From contig LSRY02000036.1 in NCBI GenBank assembly GCA_001643675.2, positions 124,001 through 188,000 on the forward strand: DNA of 64,000 bases. The letters run 5' to 3'. Of this stretch, positions 24,433-36,284 are shown in pieces; the first letter of the stretch is position 1; the number at the start of each line of letters is the position of its first letter. This stretch comes from Monocercomonoides exilis PA203. Taxonomy: Eukaryota > Protista > Preaxostyla. The position numbers and the translations under genes were made by a program. The notes beneath the pieces were generated by a model. That model was not told the origin of the DNA, searched no databases, and saw only the letters and a program-made list of their open reading frames with translations.

Positions 24433-25976
24433 ATGAGCAAAATAATTCCAATATTTAACTTTGAAGATGAGAAAGACATGGAAAAAAATAATTTTAACAT
24501 CGTTGATAATTATGAAGAAAAAGGGGGAAATAAATATGATGGTTATGATATTGAAGTATTCAAATCAGAGCTAACAGAAAAGTTTTCAAGTTTGTGGTTT
24601 TTTTCTCTGATAAAATTTTCAATGATTTGAATGTTTTTGTGATTTTTGAAGAGAAGTTTTCTGAGCTGGAAGATTGCGATGAGGATGAACAGAAACAGAA
24701 AATCGAGGAAATAAGGAGAATAGTTGAGAAAATGTGCAGAAAAGAGTTTGAATCCATATTCACAATAGAAATGCTCAATAAAGCGAACAAAATGATCGAA
24801 GAAAAGAATTTGACGATGGAAAAGTCCATTTCGCTGATGAAGCACATTGGATATTGCAAAATGTTGAAAAATATGCGGATTTCTGAATTCAGAAAAACTT
24901 CGTTGAGCAAAAGATTCGAAAAGATGATTACCGACGAAAAAAGGAAAAATGAAAAAGATAAGGATGAAAAGCTTCTTGTTGATCTTTGCGAATGCAATGT
25001 CTTTCTTTTCAATGAGCTTTCATCCGAGTCTATATCGTTTTGTGTGCCTTATCTTCTGAAAGTTGCGTTGAATAAAGAGGAAAATGAGGAAGTTCAAAAA
25101 GAAACTGAATTGGCATTGTTAGCTTTGAGCAACATTGGGAAATTTGAGGTGAACTTTATTGATGAATTTATTGATTGAATGAATTGCATTTATTTTTGTT
25201 TATTGCTATAATTCTTGTTTTTTCAATAGAAAGTGAGGAAAGGATTGTTTCTGGATAAAATCAAAGAAATCATCAAATATCATCAGGAGAATTTCAATCT
25301 AACCCATCTTGCGTATCAATCAGCTTGGGATTTTTTGATTCTAAGATTATTCAGAGATCATTGCTTGAATGGCGCAATTGCTGAAGAACTGCATTTTGCG
25401 AGAGAAGCAGCAAGAGAATTAGAAGAGCTGGCAAGAAATGTGAATTGGTCGAGAAAAGAAGAAGAAACAGAAGATCTTTTTATTTTGATGAAATGGCTCC
25501 GATTATTTGACACATTTTTATCCTCCAACAAATTGTGGAACGAAAGAAATGTTGAGCTTATCAGCAGCATTATTCAACTGCTTCGAATGGCAAAGGAGAA
25601 CAATGAAGAAATCAGCCACTGGTGCATTTATTCTTTGAGAATGTTTGCGGAAAATAGAGATACACGAATTGGCGGTTTGTTGAAAGGCGGAGTTGTTGAT
25701 GTATTTTTGGAGGAAATAAGGCGAGCAACATTTAAAGATGAACATATCGGAGAATATTTTGAATTCTTTGAAGTAATTTGTGAAATGTTGAAAGGAAAGA
25801 CTGGTGATGAAACGGAAGAAGCGAAAAGAAAGGCAGCAAAAATTGAATTATTTGAAAAGATGGAAGAAGAAGGATACGAAGATTGCATTGCTGGATTGCT
25901 ATTGTTTTTTGTTAAAGAGATAATTGGAGACGATAATTTAACTTCAAATGCAGAATTCCTTCATGTGCGTCTGTAA
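24433..25976 (+). CDS. Lineage-expanded helical-repeat family (EKMEEEGYED), copy 1; exons 24433-24589, 24652-25148, 25230-25976
   Basis: Shares KFSELEDCDEDEQKQKIEE, LLVDLCEC, VPxLLKVAL, YHQExxNLTxLAYQSAW, HFAREAARELEEL and EKMEEEGYED with the other copies; phases consistent. Confidence 0.8.
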
Positions 25977-27679
25977 AGCAAATGCTCTTTTTGATTTCAT
26001 TCCTTCCATTATGCACTCAGAAAAGCTGTGAAAGAGTGGAATGAAACAGAATGAAATGGAAATTGAGATTCAGAAGATGCAGAAGACAGAAAATTAGCAG
26101 AAAAAAGAAAATGAGAAAAGTGGAGAAGAGAAAAGAAGAGAAAAGATTTTGTTCTTAAATCACATATTTTGCTTGACACAAAGAATTTTCCACAAAAATT
26201 GTTCATTCTTCATTCATTTCATTCAATTATGTTATTTTCATCTTCCACTTCGACTTCACTCACACCCTCTCCTTCATTCATTCACATATTCGCACAGCAT
26301 CTATCTTCATTTCAACAATCAATCGATCTTCTTTTTCTTCTGTTTGTTTGCTTGTGACACGGCACTTTCCATTGCATTTCAGCAAATCTCACTGAATTTT
26401 TGAAGAATCTTTCACAGCTTCACTTTGGATGCAAAATCACATCAATGTTCATAATCTCATGTGTTCCTCTTTCTCTTCCTCTTCCTTATTCCCTTTGTTA
26501 ATTATTTCTTCAAAGATGACAACTCACAACTCAGACGAACAGATATTCTGTTTCTTTCAGGCTACACATGCAAAAGCAAGTTAAAGCGCAGCAAAGCAAG
26601 ATTTGTCTGAAGTTCATTCTCAAGCAAAAATAAATGAAATCAAGTTAAAAAAGGATGGAAGAAGAGAAAGGAAAAGCTTCTTTTCTCCTTTGGAGCTTGA
26701 AGTGCTCCTTTCTTGACCTGCTTGTTTCAGTGCTTCACAATGAACTTTTTGGAGAGGAATTTACTTTTTTCGCTTGTTATTCCAGCTGAAGCCAGTTAGC
26801 GAGGCAAGATAAGCCAAAATGCAACCAATAATAACATCTTCACCTGACATGAAAGGGAACATTTTGGAAATTCATCTTCCGTCAAATTCTTTCCCTTGCG
26901 AACATCATTTCACAAATTGGAGGCTGATTGCAGAAAAAGCACAGTCATCTTCCACTTTCTTGAGTCAACTTCACAGCAAGGGAAACCAACTGCTCTTCTT
27001 CTTCTTCTTCTCTATCTTCTTCATAACCTTCAAATCCTTCAACATATTTCTTCATCACTTTGATCATTTCTATTTTATAACTTCTTCCACTTATTCATTC
27101 TTTGTGAAGTCTTCTTTTCTCTTGCTCATATGGAATTCACTGTGAATGCTTGTTCTTAATGACTGCTTGCCAAGGCGCATTGGAAGACGAAATAGAAATC
27201 GATGGAGAAAAAGAAAGAGGACATTTTTGGATGAGAAAATGCAATCAACTCTCAATCACAAAAAGAAAGCATCTTCATCTTTCCATTTGCGTTCGTCTTT
27301 GAAACTCCTTTTTTGTCTGCAGGGTTTTAATTTCTCTTCTTCAGTTTCAATGAGTTCATATGAAACAAGGAAAAGAAAGAGAAGAATCTGAAGGATAATA
27401 AACTCCTCAAAGGATCAGAAAAGAGACTTTTCAAGTTGATGAATGAACAAATGAATGCTCTTTATTTTTTCATGAAATGGATGAATGGATAAATCATTTG
27501 AAGAAGACTTTTGATGAAGAAAAAAGAGTTTTGAACCGTCAATCGAATATATTTTTCTTTTTCTTTTTTCTTTTTTGAAGTCGGGAAAAATAAACAACTA
27601 AAAATATTCACATGATTTTTTGTGATAAAATGAAAAAAGTGAAAAATTTGTTTTTTAGGGTGCAATGCATTTTGTTTCC

Positions 27680-29133
27680 TTAAACACTTATAAAATAATC
27701 AGAAATATTCAACGATAGTTCTCGATAATATTGTCTGTTAAGAATACCAAATACTTCATGAAAGCTAATGATGATATCTTCGTATCCTTCTTCTTCCATC
27801 TTTTCAAAAATCTCCTTTTTCAAAGCTTTTCTTTTTTCTTCGTCAGTTGTGCGATCTTTCTTTTGTTTCAATCGCCTTGAAACAATCAAAAGAAATGAAA
27901 GGATATCATGTGTTATTACGTTATTCAACGTTGGCCGCTGTATCTCTTCCAAAAATGCATCAAATGCTCCACCTTTTAACATGTCTTCAATTTTCACTCC
28001 TCTGAAAATTACCATTCTCTCGAAAATATCAATGCAACTGTAGCCAAATTTGCTGTAATTATCCCTTGATGCTCTGAATAACAGTGCAATGCTTTGGATA
28101 ATCCCAGAATATTCTTCATTCATCAACAGACGAAAGAGAAAATTACAACATAATAAGTCGAGCCATCTTGTTATCGCAAGCTCTTCTTTCGTTTCTTTTC
28201 TTCTTTCTTCTTTTTTTCTCTTCCATTCCACACATCTTGTCAGCTCTTCTAATTCTCTTGCTGCTTCTCTCGCAAAATGTAGTTCATTCACAACAACATC
28301 TTCCAAGCTATTGTCGCATAATAATCTGTTGATCAAAAACTCCCAAGCATATTGATACGCAAGTTGTGTAAGATTGTGATGTTCTTGATGATATTTCACA
28401 ATATCTTTGATCTCATTTAGGTAAAGTTCTTGTTCGATAAACTTATAAAAAAATGAAAAAATTCAATAACTTCAAAAAGGAAATAGAAGTGCTCATACAT
28501 AATATTTAGTATTACACAAAGCCAACAATGCCATTTCCACGTCTTTCTGGACTTCTTTGCTCTCCTCTTTCCTCAATCCAGCTTTCAGAAGGCAAGGCAC
28601 AATGATTGATATCCATTCCTTTGAGAAGTTGGATCTAAAGGAAGCATAGCATTCACAAAGATCAACCAGCAGTCTATCATTCTTATCTTCTTTTTTCTCA
28701 TTTTCATTTATAATCATCTTCTCAAATCTTTTGTTCAATGAAGAATACCAAAAACCTAAAGCCCACATATCTTTCAAAAAGATGCAATATCCAAGGTGTT
28801 TCAGCAAATAAAAAGCATTTTCAATTTTCACTTCCCCTTCTTTAATCATTTCGTCCATTTTATTGAACATTTCTTTTGTGAAGACAGATTTGAATTCTTC
28901 TTCCTCCATTTCTTTAATAATTTCATTCATTTCAAGGATTTTCTGTCTTTGTGCATTCTCATCGCAATGCCCCAGCTCATGAAGAAATTCTTCGAAAATA
29001 ATAAAATAACAAACAGAATTGGGCTTTCAAATCACAGAATCATGAACAAACCTAAAAAATGTTCGTTTGATGACTTCTTTTTGAACTCATCAATAGACTT
29101 ATCAATAGCTCTAAAATCCTTTCTGTTTGACAT
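27680..29133 (-). CDS. EKMEEEGYED family copy 2, three exons
   Basis: ORFs 28493-28930 and 27680-28399 joined by a GTATGA..TAAG intron; first exon from ATG 29133 with a GTTTGT donor; same motifs and intron positions as copy 1. Confidence 0.8.
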
Positions 29134-30767
29134 TTTCAGTTATTACATGTTCATATTCATTCTTTTCTCAACAAAATCAACGAAAAATTCAAACATCATT
29201 TATTTTCTTTCAAGAAGCAAATGCAACTTCAACACAAATTGCTTTGTTTTTTAATATAATTGTTTTTGCAATAAATGTTCAACGAGACAGCAGAGTTCGG
29301 CTGAACGAGGAAAAAACAGAAAACTTTTTGTTTCTGATTGATCAAACCAACAGAAATTCATAATGATGATATTTTCCTTTGTCTTTTTTCAATATGAAGC
29401 AAATGCATTCTGAGAATGCAATAGCAATCGCTTCTAAGATGCAAATGAAATTCTTTTTATGAGAAAATAGAAACGGGCAAATAAAACGATTCTTGAGGAA
29501 TAAATATTATTCTCATTTGGATTTATCAATTCTGACTGAAACAAGGAGAACAAATGTTTGTATGCCTTAACAATGTTATCTATTTTTAACTTGCCTTCTT
29601 TTTAATTCTTTTTTAAAAAATGACTCGTTGAACTGTTGAAGATGAAAGAATTTGACAATCAAAAAAGATAAAAAGAGCAAAAGAAAAGGGCAATTGTTTC
29701 AAAAGGATGCAAATGCAGAACAAACTAATTTGAAGAAAGAACCGAACAAAATTCGCCAAGCCCAAAATGACATTTTGGAGCTTGGAAATAAGCAAAAAAA
29801 GTTTTATTTGAGAGACCAACTCCAATAACAAAGCTTTATCATTTTGAAAATCAGACAAAGACACAACAAAAGAAGAAGCAGAAAATGACCTTTTTTTAAC
29901 TGCGAATTGTTTTGCAAATTCAACAGAAAAAGCCATTTTCCCAGATAAAACGAGACTTAAAAAAGGAAACAGCAAAAGCAACTTGGCCTTGAGAAACACA
30001 AAGATTGCGCACAAATCGCCATTTCTTATTTGGGTGAAAACAATGAACAGTCTTCAATGGAAGGAATTCATTTTTTTTTTATTTTTGGATCGCATTCAAT
30101 CTGAATGAAGGGGAACCAAATTCAATGATTCATGTTCCGATAATACCGTCAGCTCAGATGAAAGAAAAAATCGAATTATTCAATTTGTCTTGTTTGATTG
30201 AGCATTTCATGCTCAGTTGAATTCAATAGAACAGCCGAATGGATGAACAATGTTTTATCAATTGTTCCTTTTATTTCTGTATTCAACATAACTTTCCAAC
30301 AGAAAAGCCTACTTCTTCTGTGCATCTTCTTTTAATCCCACTGAATGTATTGCCAACCTCATCGTCATCGCTTTCTTCACCTTCTTCTTCCCCCTCAACT
30401 TCACTTATTTCCTTCTTTCTTCTTCTATTTCTCAATCACATCAATTCCATTTCTTCTTCTTTCTCCTTCTTCTTCAACGACTTTTCCATCAATCTCTTCG
30501 AAGATACTTCAAATTCTTCATTTTCTTCATTTTCAACAAATTCTATTTCTCCGAAGACGATTTCTCCGAACCCATTTTATAATTCTCTTCTTCATCCCTC
30601 AGAATATCCATCGGGCCATCTTTACAGTTTGCCAGCAAAAAACCCAGCAATTTTGATCGAATTTCCCATTTTTCGTCTTCTTAGCCAATTCAAAACGAAA
30701 TTGAAGAATGCAAATTTTATCCTCTTTTCGCAATCATTGTGATACCTATTTGCGTTTCATCTGTTGG

Positions 30768-31010
30768 TTCTTCTTCCTCTTCCTCTTCTTCCTCTTCTAT
30801 TTCTTCTTCCTCTTCTCCTTCTATTCCTCCTTCTTCTTCTTCTTCTTCCTTTTCTTCTTCCTCTTCTTCCTCTTCATCATCTTCTTCCTCTTCTTCCTCT
30901 TCCTCTTCTTCTTCTTCTTCTTCTTCTTCTTCTTCTTCTTCTTTTTCTTCTTCTTCTTCGCCTTCTTCGCATCCTCCTCCTCCTTCTTCTTCTTTTTCTT
31001 TTTTCATCAT
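30768..31010. repeat. (TCT/TCC)n low-complexity tract; poly-Glu on the minus strand, probable pseudogene remnant
   Basis: ORF 30717-31055(-) is nearly pure E/D; flanking frames are interrupted. Confidence 0.7.
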
Positions 31011-31154
31011 CTTTCTCATGTTCATTTTCAACATTTTGAGAATTTTAGAGAGCAAATCCTTCTCATCTGCTTGCTTCGTTTGGCGAGCAAGATGCGCTTT
31101 GACAAAGATGAAGTTTGTATCTTTGCAAAGGAATTATCCTCATCTTCTCTTCTT

Positions 31155-31189
<35 letters not shown>

Positions 31190-31899
31190 CCTCTTCTCTT
31201 CTCGAGATATCGTCATATTAACATCTTTGACAGCACCTTAACACTCCATAAAAGGAAGTATGCCGAAACAGGATGTTTCTTCTCCCTCTGAAGAAACTGT
31301 ACAAAACACAACACAAAGCAAGGAAAAGGAAGAAGAAGAAGAAGAAGAAGCGTAAAGAAAATGCGCCTTTGGCAATTTGTTTCTTCTTTCATACACATTT
31401 TGTAATTTTCCATTTGATAAGCCAAAGAAGATGGATAATGAAGAGGAAGATTGAATGCTACAGGGACTGGGGAGAGGAATGCAAATGGAAATAACATCTG
31501 GGGAAAGGAGCAGTGAACGAGCAGTTTTTGTTGACTTGTTTGCTGGAAAGATGAGTGGTTGTAGCTTTCTATCGAATTATTTGTCTTCTGCTGCGATGAG
31601 CATTCAAGATGTTGTAGAAGCACTACGAAATTGGTGTCATGGCAAACAGAAATTGAATTATGGATGTGTGGTATGATTGATGAATTCTTTCATCTGTTGC
31701 ATTTCACAAATCAAGGATTATAAGCGGAGGAAGAAGAAAAAATTGGATGTGGCTTTTATTTGAAGAAAAGAAAATGGAAATGAGGAGGAGGGAATGTTTG
31801 ATGCATATGAGGTTGCTGGTGTGCACAAGGAATGAAGAGTATTTTCATATTATAAATAATATTATTTATTTTGTTTTATTTATTTATTTATTAATTTAT

Positions 31900-31938
31900 T
31901 TATTTTTATTTTTATTTTTATTTTTATTTTTATTTTTA

Positions 31939-31988
<50 letters not shown>

Positions 31989-32340
31989 TTTATTTTTATT
32001 TTTATTTTTATTTTTATTTTTATTTTTATTTTTATTTTTATTTTTATTTTTATTTTTATTTTTATTTTTATTTTTATTTTTATTTTTATTTTTATTTTTA
32101 TTTTTATTTTTATTTTTATTTTTATTTTTATTTTTATTTTTATTTTTATTTTTATTTTTATTTTTATTTTTATTTTTATTTTTATTTTTATTTTTATTTT
32201 TATTTTTATTTTTATTTTTATTTTTATTTTTATTTTTATTTTTATTTTTATTTTTATTTTTATTTTTATTTTTATTTTTATTTTTATTTTTATTTTTATT
32301 TTTATTTTTATTTTTATTTTTATTTTTATTTTTATTTTTT
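31900..32340. repeat. (TTTTTA)n array, ~60 units, with an embedded (TTA)n block
   Basis: Directly visible; source of the spurious FL/KN ORFs. Confidence 0.97.
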
Positions 32341-33134
32341 TTTAACTCTGCAAACTGAATGAGAGTGATGGCTTGAAACACAAACATGCATTCTCAGATT
32401 GCGTAAAGACAACAATGGTTCTATTTGATATTTACACGAAAGAATTATTGGATCTTTTGGATATGAAAGTGAAGGAGATATTTTGTTGTTTGAAAAGGTG
32501 GATGCCAATCAAAATTTTATTTTCGTATTATTTTTGCGAATGAAAAAGATGCTTCTCCCTTTTCTTTTCTCATTCCTCAAATTATGTTTCTGATTGCTTT
32601 TTTTGACTTTTTTTGAAGCTTTAATATTTTTTACAACATTATGCAAATTCCAACTGTTTTTCAAAGTTTGTATTTCTAACACATCGAGTGATGAATAAAA
32701 GCACACATATCAAAAAAAAAAAAAATGAAAAATAGTATCATGAATGGAAATGTTTTCAAATTTTTGAAATATGTTTTTAGAAGATTTTTTCAGACAAAGA
32801 GAAATAACAGGTTTTGAAAGACAGCAAACTTTTAATCATCATGAAGTGATGTCTTTTGTTTGTCATCAAAGCAAAAACGTTGGAAAATGCTGAAGTGTGT
32901 CTCAAATCAACAAGCAATAAAATTAACAAACAAATACAAATTGAATGCAGAGATACAAAAATGAAAAATATCAAGCAATAAAACATCTTTAATTATTATT
33001 CTGAAAAAATGAAAAGTTGTACCAAAAAATAAGAAGAAATCAAAAAACAATTACATGACGTTCATTTCAATTGTTACATGGTATTTGTTCAGTCATCCAC
33101 ACAGCAGCCGAACAATCAAAGCAATCACTCAAAC

Positions 33135-34784
33135 TTAGTAATCCCCTTTCATCCATCCCGGAACCTCACTCTCAACATAGTTCTTCCAAAATGTCTTCAT
33201 CGTCCACCCTTCCTTGTTGCTGATGTTTGCATCGTGCCTCATCCACTCCGGAGGTTCGCTCTTAACATTCGCAATCCACAGCATCGCCATCGTCCTCCCG
33301 CTCTTGTCCACTTGTGTCGTTCTGTGCCTCATCCACTCTGGCGGTGCTGTCTTCACCCACGTAATCCAGTGCATAGCCATCGTCATTCCATTCTGGTCAA
33401 TAAATATTGCTCCGTGTCTCATCCACTCCGGAGGCTCTGTTTGCACATCCCCAATCCAATGCATCGCCATTGTCCATCCGTTCTCATCCCCAACCGTAAC
33501 CTCGTGCCGCATCCACTCTGGTGGTTCTGATTTGACGTGTCTGATCCAGTGCATCGCCATCGTCCACCCGTCCTTGTCCACTTGCATCCCCCTGTGTCGC
33601 ATCCACTCCGGCGGCTCTGTTTGCACATCCCCAATCCAGTGCATGGCCATCGTTCTCCCATACATGTCCCCACGCCCCACATCGTGCCTCATCCATTCCG
33701 GAGGTTCGCTCTTCACATTCTCTATCCACAGCATCGCCATTGTTCTTCCTTCCTCATCTCCTTCTGCCGCCTCGTGCCTCATTTCCTCTGGAGGCTCTGC
33801 TTTTTTTCCAACAATCCAGTTCATCGCCTCTGTTCTTCCATTTCTGTCATAACCTTTCGCTTTGTCCTTTCCTTCTTCACATCTTTCACATTTTCTCTCA
33901 TTTTCACAGCTCGTTCCCTCTCTTCTCTTTTCTTTATCGTGAGGTGCTTTGTCCGCCTTCATCCACTCAGGAGGGTTTGTTTTGATGTGCTTTATCCACA
34001 GCATATCCATCGTCCATCCACCATTGTTCGCAAGCGTTACGTCGTGCCTCATCCATTCCGGTGGCTCTGTTTTCACATTTTCAATCCAGATCATCGCCAT
34101 CGTCCACCCGTTCTTGTTGCGCAGAGTGATGTCATGTCTCATCCATCCCAGAACATCCGTTTTAACTTCACTTATCCACAACATGGCCATCGTCCAGCCA
34201 TCATTGTCTGCAAGTGCAGGATCGTGCCTCATCCATTCCGGTGGAGTATCTTCTTTCAAAATAATCCACTTCATTGCCATTGTTCTTCCCCAAATATCTT
34301 TAAGAGCATTATCATGTCTCATCCATTCAGGTGGTTCTGTTTTAACTTCTTGAATCCATTTCATTGCCATTGTCCATCCACAGTTATCTTTTAGTGTAAT
34401 GTCATGCCTCATCCATTCTGGAGGTTCTGTTTTGATATTCTTTATCCAACACATGGACATTGTAGATCCGTCATTATCGCCAAGCGTTGTATCATGTCTC
34501 ATCCATGCTGGTGGTTCTGTCCCTACGTTATTAATCCACTTCATTGCCATTGTCCGTCCGTCATTGCTGCCAAGTGTGACGTCGTGCCTCATCCATTCTG
34601 GCGGTTCTGTTTTTACATTATAAATCCACAACATGGCCATTGTTTCACCATAATTGTTGCGAATTGCAATATCATGTCTCATACTCTTTGGTGGTTCCGT
34701 TTCTTTGTACCTTATCCAATTCATAGCCTTGGTATTTCCATATGCATCTTTATCAGGATTCATCGCATCAACTTTATTTCCCAT
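33135..34784 (-). CDS. Tandem-repeat protein: 17 units of ~30 aa (DxxGxTMAMxWIxxVKxEPPEWMRHD), weakly ankyrin-like
   Basis: 549-aa intronless ATG ORF. Nine units, a charged linker, then eight units; 90-bp periodicity at DNA level. Confidence 0.88.
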   Translation of the reverse strand: MGNKVDAMNPDKDAYGNTKAMNWIRYKETEPPKSMRHDIAIRNNYGETMAMLWIYNVKTEPPEWMRHDVTLGSNDGRTMAMKWINNVGTEPPAWMRHDTTLGDNDGSTMSMCWIKNIKTEPPEWMRHDITLKDNCGWTMAMKWIQEVKTEPPEWMRHDNALKDIWGRTMAMKWIILKEDTPPEWMRHDPALADNDGWTMAMLWISEVKTDVLGWMRHDITLRNKNGWTMAMIWIENVKTEPPEWMRHDVTLANNGGWTMDMLWIKHIKTNPPEWMKADKAPHDKEKRREGTSCENERKCERCEEGKDKAKGYDRNGRTEAMNWIVGKKAEPPEEMRHEAAEGDEEGRTMAMLWIENVKSEPPEWMRHDVGRGDMYGRTMAMHWIGDVQTEPPEWMRHRGMQVDKDGWTMAMHWIRHVKSEPPEWMRHEVTVGDENGWTMAMHWIGDVQTEPPEWMRHGAIFIDQNGMTMAMHWITWVKTAPPEWMRHRTTQVDKSGRTMAMLWIANVKSEPPEWMRHDANISNKEGWTMKTFWKNYVESEVPGWMKGDY

Positions 34785-35024
34785 TTCCTTGTTATTTTTG
34801 AATAAACAGGCAACTGCTTGTTGCTTGCAAACAAGTGATTTAACAAAAATGTTTGATCTTTCAAGAATTCTGTTTCGTTATGGGTCTTTTGATTTTTTGG
34901 GATTGTGTTTTTGCTTTTTAAATTTTATCAACACGATGTTTGGTGATATTTTTCTCAATTTTTTGAATTTTTCTATCTTTCTTTCTTTCTGACTTTTTTT
35001 TATTTTTTAATTTTTTTTTTTTTT

Positions 35025-35082
35025 TTGTTTTGTTTTGTTTTGTTTTGTTTTGTTTTGTTTTGTTTTGTTTTGTTTTGTTTTG

Positions 35083-35113
<31 letters not shown>

Positions 35114-35136
35114 TGTTTTTGTTTTTGTTTTTGTTT
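35025..35136. repeat. (TTTTG)n followed by (TTTTTG)n
   Basis: Directly visible after a poly-T run. Confidence 0.95.
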
Positions 35137-36284
35137 CATAAACATGAAATTTCAAAATTTCATATTAAAAAAATCTTGACACTCATTACAATCAGTTTTG
35201 CAATTATAGTTTGTGTTAACAATGGTGGACACTTTCAATAACTGTGGACAGTCGCATTATCTCAACAACCATTGAAAGTTGCTTTTTGACTATAAACACA
35301 ATTATTCCTTCATTGAATATAAACCAACATGAATTGTTTTAATCATTTATCCAACACAGCGAAAAATAACAATTCTTATTTTTTATTTTCGGAGAAAATC
35401 GGAGAAATTAAATTCTTAAAGTTTCTCCGAAATTTAAAAATGTTTTATTCTTAATTCTGCAGAGCAAGTTGTTTCATTTCTGTATGTCTCACAAGTTCAT
35501 ATGGGGCAAAATATTTCACTTCAAGCATTTTCATTGAAAAATAATGCACTTTTCATTGACTTTTTTTTATCAAAAAAACTCAATAAGAATGGGTCCATTT
35601 TTTGATATTCGTGAAATGTTGGAAAACTTAATGTTTTAATTTCAACGATGCCTGTTTGCAGATTTGAAAATCAAATTTATTTTGAAATCTGAGAAAGTGT
35701 GGTAATGTAATTAGAAAAACATTTTTTTCATGCTTTGTGCATAAAAAGCTTGAAAGTCCGTATTTTCCCCCATTTGAATTAAATAGGTCGAAAGATAAGC
35801 TAACAAAAGCGTATTGTCTTAAATAATTAACGTTCTATAAGTCATCATCAGATTTATGAAATGTTTTTCAATGATAATGTGTAAAAATAAAAACAATGAA
35901 TAATATTTTTAAAACAATATTGGGAACGGAATGATCAACATTTTTTGATCATTTTCGATCTCTTTTTCAGATCAGTTAAACGTTTGTAACTTTTCCAAAA
36001 GAATGACCAATATAAGGAAAAGTCAGCAATTAGAATTTCAGATTAAATTACTATACGTAATCTCTGATGGTGGGAGATGGAAGTGTTAGCTCCTCCATCT
36101 CTGATTGGTGCCTCCACTGAGGAGATTAGGTGATACCAAGGGGTATTTCTAAGTTGGAATATTATCGAAAATTTTTTTGATTTTTTTTTCTTTTCAAACA
36201 AAAATGTTTTTACAAAATAAAAATTAGATCATTACCAGAATATTTTTGTTATGAGCGTTATCAAAAAACAAAACAGGACAAGGA

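Noticed and set aside
31747-32387. ORFs of FL and KN dipeptides; possible telomere-like array
   Set aside because: Products of the (TTTTTA)n microsatellite; no G-rich telomeric unit and the array is internal
33078-34805. Several long antisense/alternate-frame ORFs over the repeat gene, and a CRISPR-like repeat-spacer look
   Set aside because: The periodicity is 90 bp and codon-structured with synonymous variation. The antisense ORFs are shadows of the repeat. No cas genes; eukaryotic context.
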